A stretch of 64,000 nt of DNA, taken from NCBI GenBank assembly GCA_963733295.1, contig CAVTCS010000003.1:1664001-1728000 (forward strand). The letters are read 5' to 3'. This document shows, piece by piece, positions 9,544-19,051 of the stretch; positions within the stretch are counted from its first letter, which is position 1; each line of letters starts with the position of its first letter. Source of the DNA: Vulcanimicrobiota bacterium. Lineage in GTDB: Bacteria > Vulcanimicrobiota > Vulcanimicrobiia > Vulcanimicrobiales > Vulcanimicrobiaceae. The notes under the pieces were generated by a model, which made no database searches, was not told the origin of the DNA, and saw only the letters and a list, made by a program, of their open reading frames with translations. The translations under genes were made by a program, and so were the position numbers.

Positions 9544-10056
9544 CTAGACGCCGCCGGGAGAAATTGCCGAAATTGCGCGCAGCGACGTTTGAGCGGCAAG
9601 GGCGACGTCGCGATCGGATGCGGAGGTCAGCGCCTTCAATGCTGCGCTTTCCGATGACTCCCCGAGGTAACCCAGGACGCGCGCGCCGGCGATTTTCCCA
9701 GCCGGATCGCGTCCGTGGAGGAAGCTGCGCGCAATCCGATCGAGCTCGGACTCGTGCGCGATGCGGCGCAGGCGATCACCGTCGGCACCGGACGAACTAT
9801 CCTGCACGAGATCGCACCACATGCAAAGGACCACGAACGCGTCACGCGGGTCCGGCGCGCTCAGAAACCGCGTCGCATCCTTGCCGTCCTCAAGGGCTTC
9901 GCGCCAAGTCGAAAACGTGAGAGCGCGGCGACGAGCCGCGGCTTCGACGGCGCGCTGCACCCACAGCGTTGCCACGATCACGCCCATGCTCGCGAGCAGC
10001 AGCGCGACGCTCAGCCCGAACGCGATTTGAACCAACGGAGCGAGATCAGAAAGCAT
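9544..10056 (-). CDS. Membrane-anchored HEAT-repeat protein
   Basis: N-terminal TM; C-terminal GARVLGYLG...LKALTSASDRDVALAAQTSL HEAT-like repeat; sits between yaiO-like gene and GT2. Confidence 0.65.
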   Translation of the reverse strand: MLSDLAPLVQIAFGLSVALLLASMGVIVATLWVQRAVEAAARRRALTFSTWREALEDGKDATRFLSAPDPRDAFVVLCMWCDLVQDSSSGADGDRLRRIAHESELDRIARSFLHGRDPAGKIAGARVLGYLGESSESAALKALTSASDRDVALAAQTSLRAISAISPGGV

Positions 10057-10858
10057 ATCGTAATCCGAGCCGTAGTCCGGCCGCAGTGAAAAGATTTCCT
10101 TGCTCCCAGGTTTCGACGCCATAGGAGACGGCCAGACCCTTTGCGACCATTGCGTGACCGTACATCGCGACCCCCGCGACGTCCATCACCAGAACCGACG
10201 TCGGTCCCGTGCTTTCGACATCCCGGCCCGCGTAGCCGCTGATCGTCAGATCGCCGCCCCTGGCTTCGTAGGCGGTGGCGCTCAGCGTCTGCGTGATCGC
10301 CGTGCCGGGCGTTCCCGACAGTTGGGCCAGCGAGATGCCGTACGTGAAGCGGTAAATGCCGACGTAACGGTCCAGCAGCAGGTTTTCGATCGAGGCATTG
10401 GTCGTGGTGTAGGTGCGCCGAGTATAGGTTGCTATCGCGCCGTAACCGTCGCCGAACCTCTGCTCGACGTCGAGCGCGCCGACGAAGGAAGGCAGGACGT
10501 TGTGGGTCGGGCTTTCTGCAAGTTCCACGCCGACCAAGGTCTTAGGGGTCACAAAGAAGGCGCCGCCTGCGCCGAATTGGAGATCGTGAAACCCGTACCG
10601 TTCGTCGTCGTTCCAGTACTGGTAATAGGTTGGCCGGCCAAAAAGGCCGTGCTCTTTCGCGAACAAGTACGTCGACGTCCAGTCGGGGTACTTGTTGCTC
10701 AGTTGAGCGACCTCTTGAACGGTGTCGACGGAAACGAGCCACGCCGGACTCGACGTTTGCACCGGCTCGGGCGACTGCTGGGGAAGCGGCGGCGCTTCGG
10801 CGGCCACGCACGGTTCGAGCGAAAGGAGCGCGAACGCGAGAAACGCAGCCAGTCTCAC
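10046..10858 (-). CDS. YaiO-family outer-membrane beta-barrel protein
   Basis: Signal peptide, alternating beta-strand pattern, ERYGFHD motif, C-terminal GLRYAF. Confidence 0.7.
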   Translation of the reverse strand: MRLAAFLAFALLSLEPCVAAEAPPLPQQSPEPVQTSSPAWLVSVDTVQEVAQLSNKYPDWTSTYLFAKEHGLFGRPTYYQYWNDDERYGFHDLQFGAGGAFFVTPKTLVGVELAESPTHNVLPSFVGALDVEQRFGDGYGAIATYTRRTYTTTNASIENLLLDRYVGIYRFTYGISLAQLSGTPGTAITQTLSATAYEARGGDLTISGYAGRDVESTGPTSVLVMDVAGVAMYGHAMVAKGLAVSYGVETWEQGNLFTAAGLRLGLRYAF

Positions 10859-11829
10859 ACGGCGACCGGTATGCTGCGCTCCGCAATGACTTCGCGCAAA
10901 ACGTCGTCGAGCCCGAAAACCGGCTCGAAACCGATCGCCGCGCGGATTCGCGTGATGTCCGGGACGCGACGCGCAATCTCTTCGAAGTCCTCGCCGTAGA
11001 CCGCCGAGTGAGGAACGTAGCGTATCGGCGAAGACGAGCCGGTCATGGAAATGACTCGCCGCGCCAACTCGTTGATGGTCACCTCCTGGGGATTCCCAAG
11101 ATTGAACACTTGGCCTGCGGTGGAAGGTTCACCGGCTAGGCGAATCAAGGCTCCGACGACGTCGCGGACGTGGCAGAAACAGCGCGTTTGGGCGCCGTCG
11201 CCATACACCGTCAAGGGCTCGCCGCCGAGGGCCTGCGTAACGAACGTCGGGACGACCATCCCGTATCGGCCGCTTTGGCGCGGCCCGACGGTGTTGAATA
11301 AACGAACGACCGTCGTCGGGACGGAGTATTCGCGGTGATTCCCAAGCGCGATGAACTCGTCGAGCGCTTTCGATGCCGCGTAGCTCCAACGGTTTCTGAC
11401 CGGCGACCCAATCGTGATAGGATCCTGTTCGGATGACGGTATCCGCGTCGAAAGACCGTACACTTCGGACGTCGAGGCGAGGATGACCCGCGGACGCGTG
11501 CGGCGCGCGGCGCGAAAGACGCTCTCAGTCCCTTCGACGTTCGTTTCGAGCGTCGCAAGCGAACTTTGCACGACGAGCTTCAACCCGATCCGCGCGGCCA
11601 GGTGCACGATCGTGTCGCAGCCGTCGAGCGCATCGGCGACGAAGCTGTCGTTCCGGACGTCGCCCATGCGGAATTGAAACAACGGTGAGTTTTCGACGGG
11701 CCGAAGGTTATCGAGCAGACCGGTCGAGAGGTCGTCGATCGCAACGACCGCGATGCCTTGGGCAATGCAACGCTCCGCCAAATGCGAGCCGATGAATCCG
11801 GCGCCTCCGGTGATCAGAACCTTTCTCAA
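10855..11829 (-). CDS. NAD-dependent epimerase/dehydratase (nucleotide-sugar)
   Basis: ITGGAGFIGSHL, ASTSEVYG, YAASK, RLFNTVGPRQ. Confidence 0.92.
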   Translation of the reverse strand: MRKVLITGGAGFIGSHLAERCIAQGIAVVAIDDLSTGLLDNLRPVENSPLFQFRMGDVRNDSFVADALDGCDTIVHLAARIGLKLVVQSSLATLETNVEGTESVFRAARRTRPRVILASTSEVYGLSTRIPSSEQDPITIGSPVRNRWSYAASKALDEFIALGNHREYSVPTTVVRLFNTVGPRQSGRYGMVVPTFVTQALGGEPLTVYGDGAQTRCFCHVRDVVGALIRLAGEPSTAGQVFNLGNPQEVTINELARRVISMTGSSSPIRYVPHSAVYGEDFEEIARRVPDITRIRAAIGFEPVFGLDDVLREVIAERSIPVAV

Positions 11830-13220
11830 AGAGCCGCCACGGTGGCATGCTCGTCAACAGGCACGACTCCTCGGGTGTCGACGACCAGGTCGCAAAGCCG
11901 GGCAACGTGCCGATAGTCGACGGTGCCGTGCGCGGTCGCGATGACGACGCAGTCGGCATCCTGCAAGGCGGCGTCGGTGAGTTCGACGCTTCTCAGCGTT
12001 CCATCGCTCAGTTCGACGACCGGCGCGAAAACGTCGTGATAACTGACGACTGCGCCACCGGCGCGCAAGCGTTCCATGACGGTGACCGACGGGCTGCAGC
12101 GAAGGTCCGGCACGTTTCGCTTATACGCCGCACCAAGAACGAGAACCCGCGCACCGCGCAACGTTTTACCGGCAGCTTTTAGCGCGTCGCCTGCCATGCG
12201 CGCGATGTGATCGGGCATCGCGCTGTTGATCTCGTCCGCCAGAGGAATAAAGCGCGATTCAAAGCCGTGACGACTGGCCTTCCACGAAAGGTAGAGCGGA
12301 TCGATCGGCACGCAGTGGCCGCCCGTCCCGGGCCCCGGAGAGAAGGCCATGAAACCGAACGGCTTGGTGCTGGCCGCCTCGATGACCTCGCGTGTGTCGA
12401 TGCCGAGCGTCTCGAAGAGGAGCGCCATCTCGTTCACCAGCGCGATGTTCACCGAACGGAACGTATTCTCCAAAAGCTTCGTCGTCTCGGCAGCGCGCGC
12501 AGTGCTCACGCGATGAACGCAGTCGAAGATCTGCTGGTACAGCGCGGTCGCGACGTCGCCCGACGCTGCGGAGACGCCTCCGACGACCTTCGGGATCTCG
12601 CGGAGTTCGAATTGGGCGTTCGCCGGATCGATGCGTTCGGGTGAAAATGCCAGAAAGAAATCTCGATCGAGCTTGAGACCGCCCTCTTCCATGAGCGGCA
12701 GCAGCAGCTCGTCGGTCGTTCCCGGATAGGTGGTGGATTCGAGCACGATCAACTGGCCGGGACGCAGAAAGCGCGCGATGCTTTGAGCCGCGGCCAGAAT
12801 GTATGAGAGATCGGGCTGTTTGTCCGCGGTCAGAGGCGTAGGTACGCAAATGACGACGCAATCGCACTCGCTCAGCCGCTCGAAGTCGCAGGTTGCGGCG
12901 AACCGGTCTTCTTCAACGAGGCGGCCTAGGATGGCGGCGTCGACGTCACCGATGTGCGTCTCGCCTCGCGACAACGAAGCGACCACGCCGCGATTGAGAT
13001 CGAATCCCAGAGTTGGAAAGACGGCGGCGAATTCGACGGCCAGCGGCAAACCTACGTACCCCAGCCCCACGATGCCGACGCGAGCCTGCTGGGAGCGTAT
13101 CCCCGCGATCAGGATGTCCGCCGGGCGTGCTTTGCTCGTTGCCCGCTCGTTGCGATGGCGTCCCTGCTGCAACAAAGGAAGGTACCCCCTGGCGATCGAT
13201 GCCCGGCACACTTGAGTCAA
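11826..13220 (-). CDS. Nucleotide-sugar dehydrogenase (UDP-GlcNAc/GalNAc 6-dehydrogenase-like); start uncertain
   Basis: VGLGYVGLPLA, CVPTP, LESTTYPGTT, FSPERIDP, GGHCVPIDP. Confidence 0.9.
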   Translation of the reverse strand: MTQVCRASIARGYLPLLQQGRHRNERATSKARPADILIAGIRSQQARVGIVGLGYVGLPLAVEFAAVFPTLGFDLNRGVVASLSRGETHIGDVDAAILGRLVEEDRFAATCDFERLSECDCVVICVPTPLTADKQPDLSYILAAAQSIARFLRPGQLIVLESTTYPGTTDELLLPLMEEGGLKLDRDFFLAFSPERIDPANAQFELREIPKVVGGVSAASGDVATALYQQIFDCVHRVSTARAAETTKLLENTFRSVNIALVNEMALLFETLGIDTREVIEAASTKPFGFMAFSPGPGTGGHCVPIDPLYLSWKASRHGFESRFIPLADEINSAMPDHIARMAGDALKAAGKTLRGARVLVLGAAYKRNVPDLRCSPSVTVMERLRAGGAVVSYHDVFAPVVELSDGTLRSVELTDAALQDADCVVIATAHGTVDYRHVARLCDLVVDTRGVVPVDEHATVAAL

Positions 13221-13411
13221 CGGCCGACTAAAGTCTGTCGCCGCGAAGTGCCCACGCCGGTGCCATACTAGGTTCGGCAGGCCAAAGAGGGCTTGTTAGC
13301 CGGTCACGCCGATTAGCTCGGGGCTCACACTCTGAGTGAGCTGGACCGCTTTTCCCTCACAATGGTTCAGTGCTGGACGAAGTCGCAGGCCCAGCCGGAA
13401 GGGCGTCCTAC

Positions 13412-14335
13412 CTACCGCTGTCCGGCTTCCGCGGAATGATATTTGCGGCGGATGTCGCGCAGGTCGACTCTCGCGGGCGGGAGCTTCAGCTTCATATCGT
13501 CCATCGCGTCGGCCACGACTTTTGAGATCGCGAGGTTGCGAAACCACTTGTGGTCCGCGGGGATGACGAACCAGGGAGCGTGTTTCGTGCTCGTCCGCGA
13601 GAGAGCTTCATCGTAGGCCTCGACGTACTGGGGCCAGAGTTTCCTCTCCGAGTAATCGGATTCGCTAATCTTCCAATTGCGCATCTTGTCGTCGAGCCGC
13701 TGTTTGAACCGCGCGAGCTGCTCCTGCGGGCTGATATGAAGGTAGAACTTCAGAATGCACGTGCCGCTTTCCACCAGCATGCTTTCGAAGTCATTGATCA
13801 GAGCGTAGCGTTTCGACCACACCGATTCCGGGACGAGCCGGTGGACGCGCGCGACCAGAACGTCCTCGTAGTGCGAACGGTTGAAGATAACCACCTCGCC
13901 CTTGCCCGGCGTGTGCTTGTGCACCCGCCACAGAAAATCGTGAGCGAGTTCCTGCGGCGTCGGCTCCTTGAACGCGAAGACCGACGTGCCTTGCGGGTTC
14001 ATTCCGCTAAAGATGTGCCGGACCGTTCCATCCTTGCCGGAAGCATCGAGTCCCTGGAGCACGACCAAAAGCGATCGGCTTGCGTCGGCGTACAACAGGT
14101 ACTGTAGCGCTTCGAGCCGCTCCAGCTGCTCTTGGAGTTCGGGTGAGGCCTCTTTGCGAGAGTCGTGTTTGCCCGTATACGATGGGTCGATCTTCTTCAG
14201 GCGAATTTGGCTGCCGGGTTGGACGCGAAACTTCTCGATGTGCGGTTCCTCGGCTACGTGGTTGCGAGCACCGGTTGACCGCAAAACTTGCAACGCTTCG
14301 CGCCGGCTGGAATGTCGCTCGCGCATTCCGGACAC
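13412..14335 (-). CDS. ppk2: Polyphosphate kinase 2 family (class III-like); true start probably near 14240-14290
   Basis: LQGLDASGKDG, HDFLWR, FNRSHYEDV, PWFVIPADHKWFR. Confidence 0.9.
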   Translation of the reverse strand: MSGMRERHSSRREALQVLRSTGARNHVAEEPHIEKFRVQPGSQIRLKKIDPSYTGKHDSRKEASPELQEQLERLEALQYLLYADASRSLLVVLQGLDASGKDGTVRHIFSGMNPQGTSVFAFKEPTPQELAHDFLWRVHKHTPGKGEVVIFNRSHYEDVLVARVHRLVPESVWSKRYALINDFESMLVESGTCILKFYLHISPQEQLARFKQRLDDKMRNWKISESDYSERKLWPQYVEAYDEALSRTSTKHAPWFVIPADHKWFRNLAISKVVADAMDDMKLKLPPARVDLRDIRRKYHSAEAGQR

Positions 14336-14652
14336 GGCTTGGTTCCGTGCGCGATGTTGAGCTTACTCATGGCGTGGTTCATCGGAACGACGACCGCAAA
14401 ATAGACCGCCACGGCAACGAGGATGAACGAGATAAGCGCGTTGATGAACGAGCCGATCGGGAAATGCGTGCCGTTGATGTCGAAACCCAGGCCCGAAAAA
14501 TCCGGCTTTCCGACGATGGCGGCGATGAACGGCGTCAGCACGTCCTTGACGAACGATTGAACGACCGCGGTGAATGCGGCACCCATCACGAAAGCGACTG
14601 CGAGATCGATGACGTTACCGCGCAAGAGAAAATCACGAAAACCCTTGAACAT
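14254..14652 (-). CDS. mscL: Large-conductance mechanosensitive channel
   Basis: MFKGFRDFLLRGNVIDLAVAFVMGAAF; C-terminal CPEC...RCKFC. Confidence 0.93.
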   Translation of the reverse strand: MFKGFRDFLLRGNVIDLAVAFVMGAAFTAVVQSFVKDVLTPFIAAIVGKPDFSGLGFDINGTHFPIGSFINALISFILVAVAVYFAVVVPMNHAMSKLNIAHGTKPCPECASDIPAGAKRCKFCGQPVLATT

Positions 14653-14791
14653 GATCCCTCCGTCCTAACGAAGTTGCGCTTTTCCTTTACCAAGGCGACC
14701 TCCCCCCTTGCGGGCGCGGAAGGCCATCGCCGGCGGTCCGACCGAACGTCATCCTCCTGATCTGCCGTCAGGGTAAGGAGCGAACGCTCGC

Positions 14792-15172
14792 GTGGCACCT
14801 ATCGTTCGGAAAAGCCGCTATCCGTTCGACGAAACGGTTTCGCGACTTCAGAGCGCGATCTCCGAGTCCGGAAACACGATCTTCATAACGATCGATCAGA
14901 GCGCCGCCGCGGCCGGCGCGGGCCTGTCGCTGCGTCCGACTTCGCTCATGGTCTTCGGCAATCCGAAGGGGGGCACGCTGCTCATGCAAGCCGACCCTCT
15001 CGCGGCGCTGGATCTTCCTTTGAAACTGCTCGTCTGGGAGGAAGCGGGGGCGGTGAGCGTCGCCTACACCCCCGGCTCGGAACTCACCACGCGTTACGCG
15101 CTGAAGGGGCAAGAGGCGCTCGTCGCCTCGGTTGAGCGGAGCCTCGCTGCGCTTTCCGGCGCGGTTGTCTGA
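14792..15172 (+). CDS. DUF302 domain protein
   Basis: FGNPKGGTLLMQ...LDLPLKLLVWE motif. Confidence 0.85.
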   Translation: MAPIVRKSRYPFDETVSRLQSAISESGNTIFITIDQSAAAAGAGLSLRPTSLMVFGNPKGGTLLMQADPLAALDLPLKLLVWEEAGAVSVAYTPGSELTTRYALKGQEALVASVERSLAALSGAVV

Positions 15173-15179
15173 TCGACGG

Positions 15180-15986
15180 CTACGTCTCTAAGAGCGCTGC
15201 GATCGTGTCGCCGGAGATTGCGGCGGCGGTCGCCGAGAGGTCGCCGCTCCGCAGGGCTTTCGCCGCTGCGTCGAGCGCGCTCATCGCGCAGCGGTAGAGC
15301 GCGCCACCGACGCTGACGCGGCGCACGCCGGCCGCGGAAAGCTCGTTCAGCGATGCGGTTCCGAGTCGAGCACTGAGCAACACGTTCACGGGCTTTGGCG
15401 CGACCGCGCGTACGACGGAGCGCACCGCGGCCATGTCGGGAAGACCAGGCGCGTACAAAACGTCCGCTCCGGCCTCGGCGAACGCAGTTAAGCGACGAAT
15501 CGTGTCGTCGAGATCCGGATTGCCGAGCAAGAAGTTGTCGGTGCGGCCGGTCAGCAGGATCCGGTTTCGCGCCGCCCCAGCCGCAGCGCGGATGCGCTCG
15601 ACAGCCACGTCGAATGCGTGCAGCGGCCGCGCCGGGTCGGCTGTCGTGTCCTCGATTCCGAGCCCGGCCAAACCCGCATCGAGCGCAGCTTGCACCGTGC
15701 GCGCGCAGTCCTCGGGTTCAGGCCCGAAACCATCTTCGAGATCCCCGTTTACGGGAAGGCCGGAAACGTTCGCGAGCAGCGCAGCATTCGCAATCGCCTC
15801 CCCGCGCGAGACGGCGTGGCGGCCGTCTTGCCGGCCGAGTGCGAAAGCGATCGCCAGCGACGTGCTCCCAAGCGCGCGAAATCCGGCGCGCTTGAGAAGC
15901 ACCGCCGACGCACCGTCCCAGGCATTCGGCATGATGAACGCCTCTTGCTCCTGATGCAGCGCTCGGAAAACTTCGTATAAAGACAT
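15180..15986 (-). CDS. Isocitrate lyase/PEP mutase family protein
   Basis: PNAWDGASA, DLEDGFG, IED, AGADVLYAPG. Confidence 0.9.
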   Translation of the reverse strand: MSLYEVFRALHQEQEAFIMPNAWDGASAVLLKRAGFRALGSTSLAIAFALGRQDGRHAVSRGEAIANAALLANVSGLPVNGDLEDGFGPEPEDCARTVQAALDAGLAGLGIEDTTADPARPLHAFDVAVERIRAAAGAARNRILLTGRTDNFLLGNPDLDDTIRRLTAFAEAGADVLYAPGLPDMAAVRSVVRAVAPKPVNVLLSARLGTASLNELSAAGVRRVSVGGALYRCAMSALDAAAKALRSGDLSATAAAISGDTIAALLET

Positions 15987-15993
15987 CTGGGAG

Positions 15994-16410
15994 TCAGGCG
16001 TGCGCGGCCGAGGTAACGCGGTCGTTGAATGCCCGGAACATTTCCTCGTATTTTTCTGGGCCGCTCTCCCCCGCGGAGCGCAGGGGCTTGACTCGTTCGA
16101 CGCAGACCTCCGTCACGCCGGGTTGCGACCTCAGAATCCTCATGGTCTCCGCGATGTAGTCCGCGAGCGGCATGGCGTTTGGATCGCTCGCCTGATGTTC
16201 GCCCATCAGGCCCGTCCGCACGGCCGCGTCGTTCATGTCGACGGTCAGAAACTTCATGCCGGGGTGTGCGGCCGCAACGGCTTCGAGCGCCGCCGCGTTT
16301 CGACCCGACACGATCACCCGATTTCCTAGCGCGTGAAACTCGTGGGCCAAGGCGCGACCGATTCCCGAACTACCGCCCGTTATCAGCATCGTATTGCCGG
16401 TTACGCGCAT
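15994..16410 (-). pseudogene. DltE-like short-chain dehydrogenase with an in-frame internal deletion
   Basis: N-terminus MLITGGSSGIG and C-terminus VRTGLM...AMPLADYIAETM are present, but the NNAG and YxxxK core is missing. Only 138 aa. Confidence 0.7.
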
Positions 16411-16586
16411 CGCCGTGCTCCTCGTGACGCGGAAAAGGTTCGCCCGTTTGACTTCATCCGCGGCACTTGGATTCCATTGCTCGAAAGGCGCCGGCCGCTG
16501 CGGCTCCTCACTTAAACAAACGGCAGGAGAGCGTCGGCTTCGGACGTTATCCCCGGAAAAAGCGCGAACCCGGAGGCAGGTTTAGG

Positions 16587-17087
16587 ATGGGTTTTCTACG
16601 CGTCGCGCTCACCGCGCTCATCCTCTACGCGACGATGACGCCCGCCGGAGCCACCGCAACGTGCAGCGGCAGCGTCTATCATCAGCTCGATTTCTTCGTC
16701 GGCGATTGGATCGTTACCGACAAGAACGGCAAGCAGTTCGCAACCGATCGCGTCAGCAAGGAATTCGGCGGCTGCGTCGTCTGGGAACAGTGGTTCGGCG
16801 GCAGCGGCTCGCGGGGAGCCGGATACTCCGGTTACGATGCGGCGCGCCGGCGTTGGGTCCAGACGTTCATGGACAACCGAGGCACGGTGCTAGTCTTTGA
16901 GGGTAATCCCGACGGGTCGACGTTCGTGCTCGAGGGCCCGAGCTATCCGAAGCCGGGCGTTGTGGAACAAAACCGCGTGATCTTCCGGTCACTGCCGCAG
17001 GGCGTCGTCGAAGAGTTCTGGACCACGACCGATGCCGGCGGCAAACCGAAGGTCGTCTTCGACGGATTCTTCCACCGCAGGTCTTAG
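16587..17087 (+). CDS. Hypothetical exported protein (DUF1579-like beta-barrel)
   Basis: Signal peptide; QLDFFVGDW, WVQTFMDNRG. Confidence 0.7.
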   Translation: MGFLRVALTALILYATMTPAGATATCSGSVYHQLDFFVGDWIVTDKNGKQFATDRVSKEFGGCVVWEQWFGGSGSRGAGYSGYDAARRRWVQTFMDNRGTVLVFEGNPDGSTFVLEGPSYPKPGVVEQNRVIFRSLPQGVVEEFWTTTDAGGKPKVVFDGFFHRRS

Positions 17088-17100
17088 CGCGAGCGCTGCG

Positions 17101-17631
17101 CTACGGGGACGACCCTGCGTGCGCTGCTTGAATGGCCGGGATGAGCGCGACCGCGTCGGCGTGCATCCGGCTCGAGTTCGTCCGATAGACTGAGGGCAGC
17201 ACTTCGTTCGGCTGCTGCGTATACTTTACGAGTGCCGAGGAAATCTCTTTCGCAAAAGTTGCGTCGTGGAGCGCTTGTTTCGGTGGTTCCTGGCGGGCTG
17301 CGATCAACGAGGCTGCGGCTGCTGCGAAGTAGGCGGAATTCTGTAGGCCGACGTGGTGTTTGGCCCAATTCGTATTCGTGCAATCCAGCATCGCCTTTAT
17401 CGTCTTTTGCATCGTGGCCACATCGGTCGAAGGTTTAAAACGCAGGTCCTTCACGGTTTGCGAAGCGTCGGGACAATTCTGCGGAAACGGAATGTTGTAG
17501 ATCCAGCGCAGAAGCTCGTCGCTCGAAACGTTCTGCTGAGCGGCATAACGTGACGTCGTTGCAAGGGCCGGCGATAGTTGCAAAACGACGAGAAGCGCCG
17601 CCAAGATTGCCGGGAAACGCGAAAAGCGCAC
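17101..17631 (-). CDS. Hypothetical exported protein
   Basis: Signal peptide ending ALA; GGAGG upstream; helical mature region. Confidence 0.65.
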   Translation of the reverse strand: MRFSRFPAILAALLVVLQLSPALATTSRYAAQQNVSSDELLRWIYNIPFPQNCPDASQTVKDLRFKPSTDVATMQKTIKAMLDCTNTNWAKHHVGLQNSAYFAAAAASLIAARQEPPKQALHDATFAKEISSALVKYTQQPNEVLPSVYRTNSSRMHADAVALIPAIQAAHAGSSP

Positions 17632-17831
17632 GATGGAAAACCTCCTAAGTAAGCCGAGAAAAACGCAAGAATAACGAGAGCCTTTCGGCGACTGCTTGGC
17701 CTTTTCCGGTCCCGGGTGAATTGTTTAGCGCGGCGCCCACGTCCCGTCCGGTTCGCAAAACTTGACGCTCGCGTCCTCGGCGGCTACACTCCAGCCAGAA
17801 CCCCGAACGCTTACGAAAGGAGCGCTGCCGC

Positions 17832-17903
17832 ATGGAGCTTGTAACGCCCGGGCGCGATGCCCGCCTGCGCCGCCGCGCTTCGTCCGCCGTAGACCGATTC
17901 TGA
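17832..17903 (+). promoter_or_regulatory. Putative leader uORF (MELVTPGRDARLRRRASSAVDRF) upstream of rsgA
   Basis: AAGGAG at 17817-17822, ATG 17832, TGA 17901-17903; ends about 96 nt before rsgA. Confidence 0.45.
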
Positions 17904-17999
17904 CGATCGGCCGCTGACGGCCTAGCGCGGTCAACACCGCGGTACTTCGCGTCCTCCCACGCTGCCCACTTCGCACCGTGTCCAGAGAGGACCGCCGTC

Positions 18000-19040
18000 T
18001 TGTTTCCCATCGCCATAACGCGGCTCGTCGAGCCGCCGCTTCTTCCGGCTCGCGTCGAAAGCCAAGAGCGCGACGCGTACGCCGTGTACTTCTTCAACGA
18101 GAGCGGGTCGGAAGCGCACGACCGCGCTCGCTTGGCGGGAGCATTGCGACATAGCGCTCGCGAGGCGAGCGATCTGCCCGCCGTCGGCGACTACGTTGCG
18201 CTCGAGCTCGCTGCCGGTAATTCAACCTCCGTCGTGCGCGGGCTCCTACCCCGGCGCAATATCTTCGCGCGCCGCGCCGCAGGCGGTACTTCCACGCTTC
18301 AGCCGATCGCGGCGAACCTCGATACGCTCTTCGTCACGGTCGCCTGCAATCGCGACTTCAATTTGCGCCGAATCGAGCGCTACCTCGCCGGCGCAGAGCG
18401 CTGCAACGTTTCCGCCGCGGTTCTTCTCACCAAGATCGACCTGACGGACGACGTGGAGGCGTACGTCAACGCCGCCCAAAGCGTTTCGGCCGGCAGGCCC
18501 GTGCTTGCGCTCTCCGCACTCGAGGGCCTCGGCCTGGATGCTTTCGATGCGTACCGCGGCGCGGAGCGCACCCTCGCGTTCGTCGGCTCGAGCGGCGCGG
18601 GCAAATCGACGCTGCTCAATGCCTTACTCGGCGAAGATCTGCTCGACACCGGCCCGACGCGCGCCGGCGACGAGCGCGGCCGGCACACGACGACGCGCCG
18701 TCAACTGCTTCGCTTACCCGACGGGACGGCGCTCGTCGATACGCCCGGGATGCGCGAGTTCGGCCTCGCGGGTGGCAACGACGCGGTCGATGCGACCTTC
18801 GAAGACGTGGCAGCGCTGGCCGGGCAGTGCCGCTTCAGCGACTGCAGGCACGAGAGCGAGCCCGGTTGCGCCGTTCTGAACGGACTCGACGCCGAACGTC
18901 TCTTCAGCTGGCGCAAACTCTCGCGCGAGGCGCTCTTCGAGGCGAGCAAGACCGACCACGCGATCCGTCTAGCGCAGCGCCGCCGCTGGAAAGCGATAAC
19001 CAGATCCGCCCGCTCGTTTGACAAACGCAGACACGAGTAG
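18000..19040 (+). CDS. rsgA: Ribosome small subunit-dependent GTPase A
   Basis: AANLD, LTKID, GSSGAGKST, GRHTTT, DTPGMRE, CRFSDCRHESEPGC zinc site. Confidence 0.93.
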   Translation: MFPIAITRLVEPPLLPARVESQERDAYAVYFFNESGSEAHDRARLAGALRHSAREASDLPAVGDYVALELAAGNSTSVVRGLLPRRNIFARRAAGGTSTLQPIAANLDTLFVTVACNRDFNLRRIERYLAGAERCNVSAAVLLTKIDLTDDVEAYVNAAQSVSAGRPVLALSALEGLGLDAFDAYRGAERTLAFVGSSGAGKSTLLNALLGEDLLDTGPTRAGDERGRHTTTRRQLLRLPDGTALVDTPGMREFGLAGGNDAVDATFEDVAALAGQCRFSDCRHESEPGCAVLNGLDAERLFSWRKLSREALFEASKTDHAIRLAQRRRWKAITRSARSFDKRRHE

Positions 19041-19051
19041 TTCGTCCGGGC

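Noticed and set aside
13220..13411. Possible c-di-GMP-II riboswitch upstream of the glycan operon
   Set aside because: Only loose resemblance (GAGCTA...ACCGGC and one hairpin); the pseudoknot-forming elements are not correctly placed.
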